Source: a bacterium
Lineage (GTDB): Bacteria > SAR324 > XYD2-FULL-50-16 > G965216635
DNA: 64,000 nt
Assembly: GCA_965216635.1 (NCBI GenBank)
Contig: OZ244188.1
Location: forward strand, 1,472,001 to 1,536,000
Direction: 5' to 3'
Positions 19,351-31,001 of the stretch are shown here, piece by piece. The notes below the pieces were generated by a model. That model was not told where the DNA came from. It saw only the letters and a list, made by a program, of their open reading frames with translations, and did no database searches. The first letter of the stretch is position 1, and the number at the start of each line of letters is the position of its first letter. Position numbers and translations under genes: made by a program.

Positions 19351-20255
19351 TGTGCATTCTTTATTAAAATTGACATAATCCGATGTAAATCTTGCTCGTT
19401 ATAAAAATGAATAGAAACCAATCCACCTCTTTTTTTTTCAGAAATTTGAACATTTGTTTGCATAATATTTGTTAATTTTTCTTGATATTCTTCCATTTGA
19501 GATTGTGTAAAAAGTTTTTTATCGGATTGTGAATTTAAATTTTTTTTATTTGAATCAGGTCTTATTTGTTGTTTTTTGATTTCTATTTCTACCTCTCTGA
19601 CAGAAAGTTGTTTTTCTAAAATCAGATTCTTAAAAAAAATTTGTGCTTCTGTTTGCCCTAAGGATAATAAGCATTTTGCGTGCCCCATTGTTAATTTTTC
19701 AGCAATAATATCGTCTATAATATCTTTAGGCAGTGTAAGTAATCTCAAAAGATTTGTAATGGTAGAGCGGTTTTTTCCTACTTTTCTAGCTAATTCATCG
19801 TGAGTCAAAGAATTTTCTTCTAGTAGACTATGATAACTCACAGCTTCTTCTATGGGATTCAAATCCTTTCTTTGAATGTTTTCAATCAAAGCCATTTCTC
19901 TAACCTCGTTTTCAGGAATATTGTAAACTATAGATTTAATTTTCTTCATGCCCGCCATCTTTGCTGCACGCCATCTTCTTTCTCCCGCAATAATTTCAAA
20001 ACTATTCAGCCCCTTTGTTCTTAAAACAATAGGTTGAATCACTCCTTTACTTTGGATAGATTGCGCTAACTCTTCTAATCCTTTCAAGGAAAAGTTCTTT
20101 CTTGGCTGCTCTGGATTGTTTGTAATATTTTCTAACGGTACTTCCTGAATAAACTTTTTATTGATATCGCCTATATTGGAATCTAATTTCGGAAAAAGAG
20201 ATTCAAATCCTTTTCCAAGTCCGTTTTTTTTTTTAGCCGTATTGTTTTTTATCAC
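19347..20255 (-). CDS. parB: Chromosome partitioning protein ParB
   Basis: GLGKG, NPEQPRK.F, IIAGERRWRAA, ENIQRKDLNPIEEA, HTH. Confidence 0.95.
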   Translation of the reverse strand: MIKNNTAKKKNGLGKGFESLFPKLDSNIGDINKKFIQEVPLENITNNPEQPRKNFSLKGLEELAQSIQSKGVIQPIVLRTKGLNSFEIIAGERRWRAAKMAGMKKIKSIVYNIPENEVREMALIENIQRKDLNPIEEAVSYHSLLEENSLTHDELARKVGKNRSTITNLLRLLTLPKDIIDDIIAEKLTMGHAKCLLSLGQTEAQIFFKNLILEKQLSVREVEIEIKKQQIRPDSNKKNLNSQSDKKLFTQSQMEEYQEKLTNIMQTNVQISEKKRGGLVSIHFYNEQDLHRIMSILIKNAQ

Positions 20256-20258
20256 TTT

Positions 20259-21032
20259 TTATAAATTCTTTTGGTTTTTTGAAATAATTTCTTGAGCCAG
20301 TTTTTGATAGCTTAAACTTCCCTTGCTATCTTTAGCATATAACAATACAGGCTGACCGTGGGAAGGGGCTTCACTTAAGCGGACATTTCTAGGGATTATT
20401 GTATTTAGAACATAGTCATTAAAATATCCTCTAGCTTCGTCTATAACTTGCGAAGAAATATTATTCCTAATATCATACATCGTAGGTAAAATACCTTCTA
20501 TACTTAAATCTAAATTTAATCCTTTTTTGATTCTGTCAATTGTTAAAAAAAGTTGAGCCATACCTTCCATTGCGTAAAATTCACATTGCAGCGGAATTAA
20601 AACACTATTGGCAGATGCTAGTGCATTCACTGTCAATAAGTTTAAAGAGGGAGGGCAGTCTATTAATAAAAAATCATAATTTAACTTATTTTTCAAAAAT
20701 ATTTCTTTTAATTTTAATTCCTTATTCTCCATTTCCGCTAATTCCATTTCTGCAGCGGCTAAATCTATATTTGCAGGAATAATAAATAAATTAGCAATAA
20801 CAGTATCTTTAACCACAGCTTGGAACGACGCTCTCCCTGTAAGCAAATGATAACTGTTAACATCTAGATTTTTTTTATCAATTCCTAAACCGCTAGTACT
20901 ATTACCTTGAGGATCTAAGTCTAAAAGCAAACTTCTTTTTCCCATACTAGAAATAGACGCTGCTAAATTAATACAGGTAGTAGTTTTACCTACTCCACCT
21001 TTTTGATTAGATATTGCTATGATTTTCACCAT
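20259..21032 (-). CDS. parA: Chromosome partitioning ATPase ParA/Soj
   Basis: NQKGGVGKTT, DLDPQGN, IDCPPSL, IPRNVRLSEAPSHG. Confidence 0.95.
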   Translation of the reverse strand: MVKIIAISNQKGGVGKTTTCINLAASISSMGKRSLLLDLDPQGNSTSGLGIDKKNLDVNSYHLLTGRASFQAVVKDTVIANLFIIPANIDLAAAEMELAEMENKELKLKEIFLKNKLNYDFLLIDCPPSLNLLTVNALASANSVLIPLQCEFYAMEGMAQLFLTIDRIKKGLNLDLSIEGILPTMYDIRNNISSQVIDEARGYFNDYVLNTIIPRNVRLSEAPSHGQPVLLYAKDSKGSLSYQKLAQEIISKNQKNL

Positions 21033-21037
21033 AATTT

Positions 21038-21841
21038 TTATCTTGTAGTTTTTACAAGTCGGTTTCTTAATGCTTTCAATTTTAATTCATATTGCTTTTG
21101 GTTGAGTAGATTATTATCTGCTAAACTCAACAACTTTTGATAAGCAAGGATAGAATTTTTTAAATCTCCTTGATTTTCATATATCTTAGCTAATTTACGG
21201 TAAATTTGTATTTGCAGTGATACATCTCTTATTTTTGAAACTGCTTCCTTATAAGCAATTTCTGCCAACTTTACTTTACCTTCTTGTTGATAAGATAAAG
21301 CCAAAAGACTATAAATATCTGATAAAATTTTTTCATCTTCATTATGGTTCTCAATCACTTTTTTAAGAGCAAAGCGAGCATTTTGCTGTTGGTTGATTTT
21401 AATATAACTTCTCGCTATTCCTAGGTAGGCTTTTAGTTCTTCTTGCAATGTAATATCTTCACTATTCAGGATATCCTGATAGGTATAAATAGAATTTTCT
21501 ACATCCGATGAATCTCCTAATTCCTGTATTCTTGCTACATAAAAACTACTCTTAACAAAAAATTCAGAATCAGGAAACTGTTGAATCAAAACCTTGTAAT
21601 AAGAAACAGCTTGATGAGGTTGTTTTAAATCAAACTGATAGATGGCACCTATCCAATAAAGAGAATCATCTGCCAATTTGTGTTTAGGATAAGTTTTTGT
21701 AAAAGCAATGAAATTCTGCAAAGCTTCTCCATACTGATCATTTTCCCAAGCCAAAATGGAAAGATTATAAATATCTTCTGCCTTTTTATTTTGACAACTC
21801 AAAAGCAAACTAACAAAACAAAACAATAAAATTTTTTTCAT
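21038..21841 (-). CDS. TPR-repeat lipoprotein
   Basis: Lipobox LLLSC; repeated TPR helices (YPKHKLADDSLYWIG). Confidence 0.75.
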   Translation of the reverse strand: MKKILLFCFVSLLLSCQNKKAEDIYNLSILAWENDQYGEALQNFIAFTKTYPKHKLADDSLYWIGAIYQFDLKQPHQAVSYYKVLIQQFPDSEFFVKSSFYVARIQELGDSSDVENSIYTYQDILNSEDITLQEELKAYLGIARSYIKINQQQNARFALKKVIENHNEDEKILSDIYSLLALSYQQEGKVKLAEIAYKEAVSKIRDVSLQIQIYRKLAKIYENQGDLKNSILAYQKLLSLADNNLLNQKQYELKLKALRNRLVKTTR

Positions 21842-21852
21842 TTATTTTAAGA

Positions 21853-22045
21853 TAGAGCTTTAAATTTCGCCAAATAAGACAAAACCAGCTTTGACTGCTA
21901 ACCAAATGGTTAGAACAGGTGCAAATTTTTTTTTAGCTCGCAGCAATACTGAAGAGCATTTCTTCACAAATGGCAAGAGTTAAAAAAAAATTTTAACGCT
22001 GCATAAACAGCTAGTTTTGTCCTATTTGGCAAATTCAAAAGTCTA
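21853..22045. mobile_element. Palindromic element, full copy
   Basis: TAGAGCTTTAAATTTCGCCAAATA.GACAAAAC...GTTTTGTCCTATTTGGCAAATTCAAAAGTCTA. Confidence 0.8.
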
Positions 22046-22070
22046 TAAGATCTTTGGATTAGTGTTACCT

Positions 22071-24503
22071 TTAAATTTCAATAGGCAGTATTTTAGCAAT
22101 AGAGACCACCTTTTCTCCTTCATTTAAGCGAATAATACGCACTCCTTTGGCTACTCTTAAGGTCTGTCTCACTTGAGAACTATCTATTCTAATAATTTTT
22201 CCGCTATTGGTGATCAGTAAAAATTCATCTTTAGGAGCCACTGCCACACTGTTGACAACCAAACCATCTTTTTCATTTACCCTAAGATTCAGCACTCCCT
22301 TATTATCTCTAGAACCAAGCCTATAGTTTTTTAAAAGACTCCTCTTACCCATACCATTTTCAGCAATAGTCAAAATTTCATTGTCTTCTTTTAAAGTTTC
22401 CAACCCTACTACCTGATCTCCAGTAATTCTAAAACGAATTCCTCTACAGCCTCTCGTCGCTCTACCTTGATTTCTTAAACTATCAGCAGGAAATTTTAAA
22501 GCCATTCCTTTCTTAGTACTAATAAAAATTAAATCTTCTTCAAAACAAAGTTTTGCACCAATCAATTTATCATCCTCGTCTATCACAATAGCCTTCGTTC
22601 CCTTCACTCTGAAGTTTTTATAAGCACTAATAGCAGTTTTTTTAATAACACCTTTCTGGGTTATCATAACCACGGAAGCAGGCAATTCAAAGCCAGATAC
22701 AGGTAAAAAAGAAATAATGGTTTCATTTTCTGCCAAAGGCAAAAAGTTGATAATCATTCTTCCTTTACTGACTCTGGTAACCAACGGTAATTCAAAAACC
22801 CTCTTGGAATACACCTTACCCAAATTACTAAACATCAATACATAATCGTGTGTAGAAGCTACAAACATATGCTCAACAAAATCATCTTCTTTGGTAGTCA
22901 TACCAATTTTTCCTTTGCCTCCTCTGTTCTGAGTGGAGTAGCTTATAGTTGCTATCCGTTTAATATAGCCTACATTACTCATAGTCACTACCATAGATTC
23001 CTTAGTAATCAAATCTGCATCCTCAAGGTCTGTTGGTTTATCTTGCCGAATAAGTGTTTTTCGTTCATCTGCATATTCAGTTTTAATTTCTTGCAATTCT
23101 TTTCTGATAAACTTTAAAATTTCTTCTGGATTAGCCAACAAATGCTCAAAATACTTAATTTTTTCTTTTAGCTCTCTATACTCTGTTTCAATTTTCCCTC
23201 TTTCTAAACCTGTCAATCTTTGCAATCTCATTTCTAAAATAGACTGAGATTGTGCATCGGATAATTGGTAAGTTGTTTTTAAAATTTGTTTTGCTTCTTC
23301 GGAGTTCAAAGAAGTTTTGATCTGCTCCACAATAGGGTCTATATTAGAAATTGCAATTCTCAAACCTTCCAAAATATGAATCCTTGCTTTTGATTTTTCT
23401 AGGTCAAATCTTGTTCTCCGATTTATAATTTCCACTCTATGGTCTAAAAAATAGGTCAGTATTTTTCTAAGACTCATAGTTTGAGGTTGTCCATCCGATA
23501 CAGCCAAACAGTTAATACCGAAACTGGTTTGCATGGAGGTATGTTTATAAAGGTTATTCTCCACAATTTCAGGACTCACTCCCTTTTTAATTTTAATAAA
23601 AATTCTCATTCCTCGTCTATCAGACTCGTCTCTAAGATCTTGAATACCTTGAATCTTTTTCTCTTTTACTAGGTAAGATATTTTTTCTATCAATCTGGCT
23701 TTATTTACCATATAAGGCAATTCTGTAACAATGAGATTACAATCATCTTCTATTTGAGTCTTTGCTCTCACTTTTACTATCCCCTTACCTGTGGTATAAG
23801 CTTCTTTAATTCCTTGATTTCCTAAAATAATCCCCGCTGTTGGAAAATCAGGACCTTTTACCAACTCTAAAAGCTTCTCGTCCTTAGTCTCACCGCCTGC
23901 ATCTATCATATAATCAAGCGCATCTACGATCTCTCCTAAATTATGAGGTGGAATATTTGTTGCCATTCCCACAGCAATACCGCTAGAGCCGTTGATCAGA
24001 AGTAATGGAAGGCGACTAGGCAAAACTGTTGGTTCTTGCAAAGAACCGTCGTAATTTGCTACAAAATCTACAGTTTTTTTCTCTATATCGGCGAGTAATT
24101 CTTGAGATATTTTTTGAAACCTGACTTCTGTATAACGCATAGCGGCTGGCATATCTCCATCCACAGAGCCAAAATTTCCTTGTCCATCAATCAAGGGATA
24201 ACGCATGGAAAAATCTTGAGCCATACGCACAGCCGCTTCATAAACCGCAGTTTCGCCATGCGGATGATATTTCCCGATTACCTCTCCTACAATCCTTGCG
24301 GATTTCATATAGGGTCTGGAATGGGATAAATTTAACTGTTGCATTACATATAAAACCCTGCGGTGCACTGGTTTTAAGCCATCTCGCACATCAGGTAAGG
24401 CTCTACCTACAATAACGCTCATAGCGTATTCTAGGTAAGCAGAGGACATAGTTTGAGAAATATCTACACTGGTTTCTAAATTGGGCTTCAAATATTCTGA
24501 CAT
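22071..24503 (-). CDS. gyrA: DNA gyrase subunit A
   Basis: [28 protein letters not shown], GyrA-box QNRGGKG; ATG at 24503 (MSEYLKP). Confidence 0.96.
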   Translation of the reverse strand: MSEYLKPNLETSVDISQTMSSAYLEYAMSVIVGRALPDVRDGLKPVHRRVLYVMQQLNLSHSRPYMKSARIVGEVIGKYHPHGETAVYEAAVRMAQDFSMRYPLIDGQGNFGSVDGDMPAAMRYTEVRFQKISQELLADIEKKTVDFVANYDGSLQEPTVLPSRLPLLLINGSSGIAVGMATNIPPHNLGEIVDALDYMIDAGGETKDEKLLELVKGPDFPTAGIILGNQGIKEAYTTGKGIVKVRAKTQIEDDCNLIVTELPYMVNKARLIEKISYLVKEKKIQGIQDLRDESDRRGMRIFIKIKKGVSPEIVENNLYKHTSMQTSFGINCLAVSDGQPQTMSLRKILTYFLDHRVEIINRRTRFDLEKSKARIHILEGLRIAISNIDPIVEQIKTSLNSEEAKQILKTTYQLSDAQSQSILEMRLQRLTGLERGKIETEYRELKEKIKYFEHLLANPEEILKFIRKELQEIKTEYADERKTLIRQDKPTDLEDADLITKESMVVTMSNVGYIKRIATISYSTQNRGGKGKIGMTTKEDDFVEHMFVASTHDYVLMFSNLGKVYSKRVFELPLVTRVSKGRMIINFLPLAENETIISFLPVSGFELPASVVMITQKGVIKKTAISAYKNFRVKGTKAIVIDEDDKLIGAKLCFEEDLIFISTKKGMALKFPADSLRNQGRATRGCRGIRFRITGDQVVGLETLKEDNEILTIAENGMGKRSLLKNYRLGSRDNKGVLNLRVNEKDGLVVNSVAVAPKDEFLLITNSGKIIRIDSSQVRQTLRVAKGVRIIRLNEGEKVVSIAKILPIEI

Positions 24504-24522
24504 AATGATTATTAAAAGTAAG

Positions 24523-24765
24523 GAGACCTTTTGAATTAGTGTTATGCTTACCCCACTTATGCTTACCCCCACTATTAGGGGGCTAGCCAAATGGTTAGAA
24601 AAGTGCAAAAAAAAATTTAGCTCGCAGCAATATCGTAGTGCCACAATAATGGGACCAGGGATATTCTATGATTTGCATTTAGCAAAAATGAAATGTAAAG
24701 CTAAAACCTGTATAGGTTAAAAGCAATAAACTCGTTTTGGCTAAACAGAACGCTAATTCAGTCTC
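24523..24765. mobile_element. Palindromic element upstream of gyrA
   Basis: GAGACCTTTTGAATTAG...CTAATTCAGTCTC; shared internal modules. Confidence 0.75.
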
Positions 24766-24846
24766 ATAAGGTTATAAAAAGTATAACTGACAAAAAAAAT
24801 TTTATCAAACTTACCTTGTAGGAACAAAAAAAAGAAAAAATCGGAT

Positions 24847-24932
24847 AAAATTTGGTTTTTTATATAAAAATTTGGTTTTTTTAAAAAAAATTTGGTTTTT
24901 TTAAAAAAAATTTGATTTTTTAAAAAAAAAAA
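24847..24932. repeat. About 20-bp A/T-tract tandem repeat (4 copies)
   Basis: AAAATTTGGTTTTTTTAAAA-type units between divergent gyrA and the ABC substrate-binding gene. Confidence 0.8.
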
Positions 24933-24991
24933 GGTAAAATATGGCAAGTGCCTAAGTTTTTAGGCAAAAATTAATTATTGAAAGTTAAATT

Positions 24992-26017
24992 ATGACTAAA
25001 ACATTAAAGATTATAGTGCTTGTGATAGCAGTTATCGTTGTAGCTGTTGTTGCTATTTTTGTTTCAAAGAAAAAAGATACAGTAGCTGAAGGCTGTGGAA
25101 ACATTGCAAATGTTAGTATTGCTAACATGAGTTGGGCTTCTGCTGAACTTTATGCTGAAATTGTTAAGCATATCGTAGAAGAAGGATATGGTTGTTCAAC
25201 TAGCTTTTTAGCTGGGGATACTGTGCCTACTGGCGCTTCTATTCTTGCAAAAGGAACTCCTATGATTGCTCCTGAGCTTTGGATTGCGAGTGTACCTAAG
25301 GTAGGCGAAGAATTAGAAAAAGCTGAACCTAAAGTATTGAATGCTGGGAATCCTTTTGGTAACGGTGGTGTAGAAGGTTTCTGGGTACCTCAATATGTTG
25401 TAGACCAGCACGGTATCAAATCTGTGTATGATTTGAAAGAGAACTGGAAACTGTTCACCGAAAAATCTAGCCCTAATAAAGGGGTTTTTTATGGTTGTCC
25501 TCCGGGATGGGGTTGTGAAATTAGTGGCAGTAACCTATTTAAAGCATTGGGGTTAGCGGAAAATTTTATTTTAAGACCTGCTGGTTCAGGTGCCAATTTA
25601 AAAGCCGCCTTTGCTAAAAGATTTAAAGAGAAAAAACCTGTTGTAGGTTATTATTGGGATCCGACAGCTGTGACTGCGAAATATGATCTAGTTAAGCTAG
25701 AATTTCCAGCTCACGATCCAGAAAAATGGACGTGTATTGGAGACAAAGAGTGCCAAAATCCACAGGTAACCGATTATCCAACGGCTTTAGTTCTTACTGC
25801 TGTAGTTTATGAATTAAAAGAAGAAGCACCAGCAGTTTATGAATTTCTTCAAAAGATGAATGTGCCTAATAATGTAGTTGCTAGTATATTAGCTTGGCAA
25901 GATGAAAACAAAGCCAATGGGGAAGAAACAGCGGCCTATTTCCTTCAAAAAGAGGAAAGTATTTGGTCTGAATGGGTTCCCAAAAGCGTAATTGAAAAAG
26001 TAAAAGCTTCTCTTTAA
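24992..26017 (+). CDS. Glycine betaine/proline-type ABC transporter substrate-binding protein (ProX-like)
   Basis: MSWASA, APELW, GCPPGWGC, GYYWDPT; operon with permease and ATPase. Confidence 0.85.
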   Translation: MTKTLKIIVLVIAVIVVAVVAIFVSKKKDTVAEGCGNIANVSIANMSWASAELYAEIVKHIVEEGYGCSTSFLAGDTVPTGASILAKGTPMIAPELWIASVPKVGEELEKAEPKVLNAGNPFGNGGVEGFWVPQYVVDQHGIKSVYDLKENWKLFTEKSSPNKGVFYGCPPGWGCEISGSNLFKALGLAENFILRPAGSGANLKAAFAKRFKEKKPVVGYYWDPTAVTAKYDLVKLEFPAHDPEKWTCIGDKECQNPQVTDYPTALVLTAVVYELKEEAPAVYEFLQKMNVPNNVVASILAWQDENKANGEETAAYFLQKEESIWSEWVPKSVIEKVKASL

Positions 26018-26110
26018 GGTTTTTTATCTTTAAAACTTTAAGAGCATCCACTCAACCTTCCGCCAGTAAATGCTTATAGTAGGTTGGGTGGTTTTACACC
26101 TGTAAAATTG

Positions 26111-26164
26111 AAATTTTTTTTAAAACGATGTATAGGCTAAACAGAATGCAAATTCAAAAGTCTA
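26111..26164. repeat. Right-end fragment of palindromic element
   Basis: AACGATGTATAGGCTAAACAGAATGCAAATTCAAAAGTCTA. Confidence 0.7.
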
Positions 26165-26192
26165 TTTAATAATAATTTACTAAAAAAACACT

Positions 26193-27146
26193 ATGGCAAA
26201 AGATAATTTTCCTGAAATCATTGATACTAGAGGTTTTAGAGTTGCTATTGACGAAGGTTTTGATAAGGCGATTTTTGAATGGGGTATAGGAGACACCTTA
26301 GAAACATGGTCACTTCCTGTTTTACACACCATTACTGCGATGGAAGATTTTTTAAATTGGCTACCGTGGTGGATTGTATTATTTGTCATTACTTTTGTCA
26401 CTTATAACGCTACCAAACAATGGACTTTTGAAGATTTAAAAAATCAAGAAAAAACACTAAACGAAAAACTGGTAATAGTAACCAAAAACTGGATACCGAC
26501 TGCTATGGCGGGTGGAATGCTTTTTTTATGTGGTTTGGTAGGTTTATGGGAAGTCTCTATGCAAACCATAGCCTTGATGGTTACTGCAACGATTATGGCA
26601 ATTATTATTGGGGTACCGTTGGGTATAGCCATGTCTAGATTCAATTTTGTACAAAAAATCATGCTGCCCGTATTGGATTTAATGCAAACTCTACCGATTT
26701 TTGTTTACCTTATTCCTTTTGTGATGATTTTTGGACCGGGTAAAGTACCGGCACTGCTTGCAACATTAGTTTTTGCCTTACCTCCTGTAATTCGGTTGAC
26801 CGATTTAGGTATCAGGCATGTAGACGCAGAAATTATAGAAGCAGTTACTGCTTTTGGAGCAACACCTAGACAAAAATTATTTACCGCTCAATTACCTTTA
26901 GCATTACCGACTATTATGGCTGGCATCAATCAAACTACAATGCTTGCCTTGTCTATGGTCGTTATTGCTTCTATGATTGGGGCTGGTGGTTTAGGTTTTC
27001 AAGTGTTGCAAGCTGTGACGCGGCTAGAAATAGGCAGAGGATTATTGAGCGGCATAGCAATCGTTTTTTTGGCTATTATATTTGACAGAATAGCTCAATC
27101 CTACGGCAAGAAAATGCAACAACATCTATATCACACTAACGACTAA
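26193..27146 (+). CDS. proW: Glycine betaine/proline ABC permease (ProW-like)
   Basis: PVLDLMQTLP, PPVIRLTDLGIR, EAVTAFGAT, IMAGINQT. Confidence 0.85.
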   Translation: MAKDNFPEIIDTRGFRVAIDEGFDKAIFEWGIGDTLETWSLPVLHTITAMEDFLNWLPWWIVLFVITFVTYNATKQWTFEDLKNQEKTLNEKLVIVTKNWIPTAMAGGMLFLCGLVGLWEVSMQTIALMVTATIMAIIIGVPLGIAMSRFNFVQKIMLPVLDLMQTLPIFVYLIPFVMIFGPGKVPALLATLVFALPPVIRLTDLGIRHVDAEIIEAVTAFGATPRQKLFTAQLPLALPTIMAGINQTTMLALSMVVIASMIGAGGLGFQVLQAVTRLEIGRGLLSGIAIVFLAIIFDRIAQSYGKKMQQHLYHTND

Positions 27147-27150
27147 AAAA

Positions 27151-27990
27151 ATGTTTAAACCAAAAAAAACACAAAAGAAGGAAGTAAAGTTACAAGTCAA
27201 AGAGGTCTATAAAATCTTTGGAGAAAAACCAAACATAGCTTTGAATCATGTCCTTAATGGCACTTCTAAAACAGATTTATTAGATAAATACCAACATACT
27301 CTTGGATTACAAAACATTAGCCTAGATATTTGTGAGGGTGAAGTTTTTGTCGTTATGGGTTTGTCTGGTTCTGGAAAATCTACTTTAATTCGCCATTTCA
27401 ATCGCTTAATAGAGCCCACTTCGGGGCAAATTCTGGTGGATGATATAGATATTTTGCAACTGAATGAAAAAGAATTGCTAGATATGAGAAGACACAAGAT
27501 GAGTATGGTTTTTCAAAGATTTGCTCTTTTGCCCCATAAAACTGTAATAGATAACGTCACTTACGGTTTGATAATAGGTGGAATGGATAAAAAATCTGCG
27601 ATTGAGAAAGCAATGGAGCAAATAGAGATGGTAGGTTTAAAAGGCTATGAAGACCAATACCCTACACAGTGCTCAGGTGGCATGCAGCAAAGAGTAGGAC
27701 TAGCAAGAGCTTTAGCTACAGATGCAGATACTTTGCTCATGGACGAGGCTTTTAGTGCTTTAGATCCTTTAATCAGAGGAGAAATGCAGGATCAACTTCT
27801 AACTTTACAAAAAGATTTACACAAGACTATTATATTTATTACCCACGATATGGACGAAGCAGTTAAAATAGGAGATAGAATTGCTATTCTAAACGATGGA
27901 GAACTCCGTCAATGTAATACTCCCAAAGAGATAATATCTAATCCAGCAGATTCTTATGTTGCTGAATTTGTAAAAAAGATAAAATTATAG
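27151..27990 (+). CDS. proV: Glycine betaine/proline ABC ATPase (ProV-like, no CBS domains)
   Basis: VMGLSGSGKST, SGGMQQRVGLARA, MDEAFSALDPLIR. Confidence 0.88.
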   Translation: MFKPKKTQKKEVKLQVKEVYKIFGEKPNIALNHVLNGTSKTDLLDKYQHTLGLQNISLDICEGEVFVVMGLSGSGKSTLIRHFNRLIEPTSGQILVDDIDILQLNEKELLDMRRHKMSMVFQRFALLPHKTVIDNVTYGLIIGGMDKKSAIEKAMEQIEMVGLKGYEDQYPTQCSGGMQQRVGLARALATDADTLLMDEAFSALDPLIRGEMQDQLLTLQKDLHKTIIFITHDMDEAVKIGDRIAILNDGELRQCNTPKEIISNPADSYVAEFVKKIKL

Positions 27991-28064
27991 TGATCTAGTC
28001 TTTACAAGAAAGTATCAATTCAATAATCTCTAATTTTTTTATAAATAAACCACTAAATATACAA

Positions 28065-28595
28065 ATGGTTTCACAACAAGAAAAAAATGCTCTTTTTTCA
28101 GAGTACATAAAAAAGATGGAAGAAAAAGCTAGGACAGGATCTAGTGATATAATTCCTAATGGAACTATTGAGCATGCTTCTGTGTTGATTGCTTGTCTTT
28201 TTTCTTATGCAAAGAAAAAAATAAACATATTTACAGGTCACCTCAACCCAGAAGTTTATGCAAGTAATGAAGTTATGAAGAGTATAAAGAATGTTTTAAA
28301 TAGAAAAATTAAGATGGAAGTATTAGTGCAGGATAGTATTCTTTTATCTGAAGAAAATAAATTTTTAAAATTTTTAAAAGATAAGGAAGAAATTTTTAAA
28401 ATCAAAGAAATAGATCAAAAAGATAGAGTAAGAAAGAATCATTTTATTACTATAGATGATAGCGCTTTTCGTTTTGAACCAGATAAAAACAAACCTTTAG
28501 GATTAGGCTGTTTTAATAGCCCAGATTTTGTCACACAACTTAATGAAAGATTCGTTGAAATGTTTGGGCGTGGAAAAGAATTAATACCCGAATAA
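28065..28595 (+). CDS. Hypothetical protein, possibly PLD-like fold
   Basis: 176-aa ORF; A.K.INIFTG.L..EVY and HFITIDD..FR pattern resemble degenerate PLD/HKD-fold proteins. Confidence 0.5.
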   Translation: MVSQQEKNALFSEYIKKMEEKARTGSSDIIPNGTIEHASVLIACLFSYAKKKINIFTGHLNPEVYASNEVMKSIKNVLNRKIKMEVLVQDSILLSEENKFLKFLKDKEEIFKIKEIDQKDRVRKNHFITIDDSAFRFEPDKNKPLGLGCFNSPDFVTQLNERFVEMFGRGKELIPE

Positions 28596-28598
28596 GAA

Positions 28599-29141
28599 GT
28601 GACTACCAATGGAGAATTTTTACTTATATTAATGGAGATTGCTTTTCTATTGAATCTGGCTGACAGAGTGTATGTTTTGCCTAAATGGGCAAAAGATACT
28701 CAGGAAAGATGTGCAGATATTCTGATAACATTCAAAGCAAAATTTTCTATTACTAAAGAAACTTTAAAAGAAGACGACTTACTTCAACCTGAAGGGGAAA
28801 AATTTTTAAGTTTGGTAGGGGATAGGTCAAGGTACAATTTTTTTTATTATTATGAATGGATTAAAAAGAACACTCCAAGTTTTATTATATTTTTGATAGT
28901 CCTTATTATAGGAGAGGTTCACTATAGTGTTTTTCAATGGGAAACCAATATCCTTTTTAATATTCTTTTTGTTTTTTGCCTTGTTCCTTTTATTTTTAAA
29001 TTTATTGACTACTTGATGGATAAATGGTTTTTATTTGGAGGTCTGAGTAAAATAGAACGTTTAGCAACTATAATTGATAAGAAAACACAGGATATAGAAA
29101 AATTAGAAAATAATTCAAACGAGGATATCAAAAGAACATAA
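28599..29141 (+). CDS. Hypothetical membrane protein
   Basis: 180 aa, 2-3 hydrophobic segments, starts 3 nt after the previous stop. Confidence 0.55.
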   Translation: MTTNGEFLLILMEIAFLLNLADRVYVLPKWAKDTQERCADILITFKAKFSITKETLKEDDLLQPEGEKFLSLVGDRSRYNFFYYYEWIKKNTPSFIIFLIVLIIGEVHYSVFQWETNILFNILFVFCLVPFIFKFIDYLMDKWFLFGGLSKIERLATIIDKKTQDIEKLENNSNEDIKRT

Positions 29142-29193
29142 AAAAAAATTTTAACGATGTATAGGCTAAATAGAACGCAACTTCAAAAGTCTA
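29141..29193. repeat. Right-end fragment of palindromic element
   Basis: AACGATGTATAGGCTAAATAGAACGCAACTTCAAAAGTCTA, near-identical to 26111-26164. Confidence 0.7.
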
Positions 29194-29225
29194 TATTAGA
29201 TTAATCCATTTTCAAACTTATCTCA

Positions 29226-31001
29226 ATGAAAATCAATCTCAAAGCCTTACTCATTGTCCTCACTCTTTTAACTACTCTCTATATTTTATTAGGGCAATTC
29301 AATTTTAATCAAAAAAACACTGAAATCTATTACGATAAATTCTTAAACGAGTTGCAAAAAGGAAATATCAGTAAAGTGCAGATCCGAGGAGATAAACTAG
29401 AAGGATTCTTTATTAATTCTCAAGAATTTTTTGTCTACTCACCTTTTGACGAAAGTCTAGTTGCCGAATTAAAAGCCAATAATGTAGCCATAGAGGTAAA
29501 AGAATTTCATAAAAAACCTTGGTATATTAATCTTTTCCTACATTGGGGACCTCTGTTATTTTTGATAGGAATTTGGATTTTTATATTTAGCAGAGGCTCT
29601 GGTGGAGGGAACATGATTTTTTCAATTGGAAAATCTAAAGCAAAAAAAGTCACAGAATCCACGAAAGTAGCATTCAAAGATGTAGCTGGTATAGAAGAGA
29701 CAAAAGAAGAAGTAACAGAAATTGTAGAATTTTTAAAAAATCCTGAAAGATACGCAAAAGTAGGTAGTAAAATACCCAAAGGGGTGATTTTAGTAGGGCC
29801 TCCGGGTACGGGCAAAACTCTTTTAGCAAAAGCTATCGCTGGAGAAGCTCAAGTCCCTTTTTTTAGTATCGCAGGTTCAGAATTTGTGGAAATGTTTGTA
29901 GGAGTTGGTGCGTCTCGCGTCAGAGACCTTTTTCAACAAGCAAAAATGCACAAACCCTGTATTATTTTTATTGATGAAATTGACGCTGTGGGGCGCCAGA
30001 GAGGTTCCGGTTTGGGAAGTGGACACGACGAAAGAGAACAAACTTTAAATCAACTATTAAGCGAATTAGACGGTTTTGAAATCAATCGGGGAGTTATTGT
30101 AATTGCTGCTACTAATAGAATAGATATTTTAGATAAAGCTATTTTGCGACCAGGCCGTTTTGATAGGCACATATATATTCCTTTACCTGATATTGTTTCT
30201 AGAGAAGCCATTTTAGAAGTCCATGCTAAAAAAGTGAAAATGGCTAAAAATATTAATCTCAAAAACATAGCTAAAACAACACACGGGTTTAGTGGAGCTC
30301 AATTAGCTAACTTGATTAATGAAGCCGCACTACATTCCATTAAAAACAATGAAAAAGAAATCTGTCAAGAAAATTTGAATTTTGCGAGAGATAAAGTCGT
30401 TTTAGGTTTAGAGAGAAAATCTATGAAACTTACAATAGAAAATAAAAGAAATATTGCTTACCACGAAGCAGGGCATGCACTAGTAAGTTTTTATCTTAAA
30501 CACGCACATCCTATACATAAAATTAGTATTATTCCGACGGGAATAGGACTAGGAGTAACTACCTTTTTACCAGATAGAGATTACTACACCTACGACAAAG
30601 AACAACTAGAAACAAATATAATTATTGCTATGGGAGGAAAAGCTTCCGAAGAAGTGGCTTTAGCCGAAGCTACTTCCAACGCAGAAGGAGATTTAAAACA
30701 CGCTACTAAATTAGCCTACAATATGGTTTGTAAATGGGGGATGAGTTTTAAGATAGGAGCTTTGTCTGTAGATACTCAAAACGAAGGAGGTTTTATGGAT
30801 TACTACAAATCCCATGCTGTATCAGACAAACTACGCAATGAAATAGATTCTGATGTAGCTTCCTTACTTAAAAACAGCTATGATAAAGCGAAAAAAATCA
30901 TCACAAAGCACCGCAAAAAATTAGATACTCTGGCCAAAAAATTACTAGAAAAAGAAATTATTACTGGTATAGAGTTTAAAAAAATAATCCAATCTTCCTG
31001 A
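29226..31001 (+). CDS. ftsH: ATP-dependent zinc metalloprotease FtsH
   Basis: Two [33 protein letters not shown]. Confidence 0.96.
   Translation: MKINLKALLIVLTLLTTLYILLGQFNFNQKNTEIYYDKFLNELQKGNISKVQIRGDKLEGFFINSQEFFVYSPFDESLVAELKANNVAIEVKEFHKKPWYINLFLHWGPLLFLIGIWIFIFSRGSGGGNMIFSIGKSKAKKVTESTKVAFKDVAGIEETKEEVTEIVEFLKNPERYAKVGSKIPKGVILVGPPGTGKTLLAKAIAGEAQVPFFSIAGSEFVEMFVGVGASRVRDLFQQAKMHKPCIIFIDEIDAVGRQRGSGLGSGHDEREQTLNQLLSELDGFEINRGVIVIAATNRIDILDKAILRPGRFDRHIYIPLPDIVSREAILEVHAKKVKMAKNINLKNIAKTTHGFSGAQLANLINEAALHSIKNNEKEICQENLNFARDKVVLGLERKSMKLTIENKRNIAYHEAGHALVSFYLKHAHPIHKISIIPTGIGLGVTTFLPDRDYYTYDKEQLETNIIIAMGGKASEEVALAEATSNAEGDLKHATKLAYNMVCKWGMSFKIGALSVDTQNEGGFMDYYKSHAVSDKLRNEIDSDVASLLKNSYDKAKKIITKHRKKLDTLAKKLLEKEIITGIEFKKIIQSS

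Noticed and set aside
24504..24644. 47-aa N-terminal extension of GyrA (similarly holA from 8760 and purA from 32896)
   Set aside because: Extensions are translated element sequence; homology-consistent ATG starts lie downstream.
18900..24990. oriC near parAB/gyrA
   Set aside because: No cluster of TTATCCACA-type DnaA boxes seen and no dnaA.
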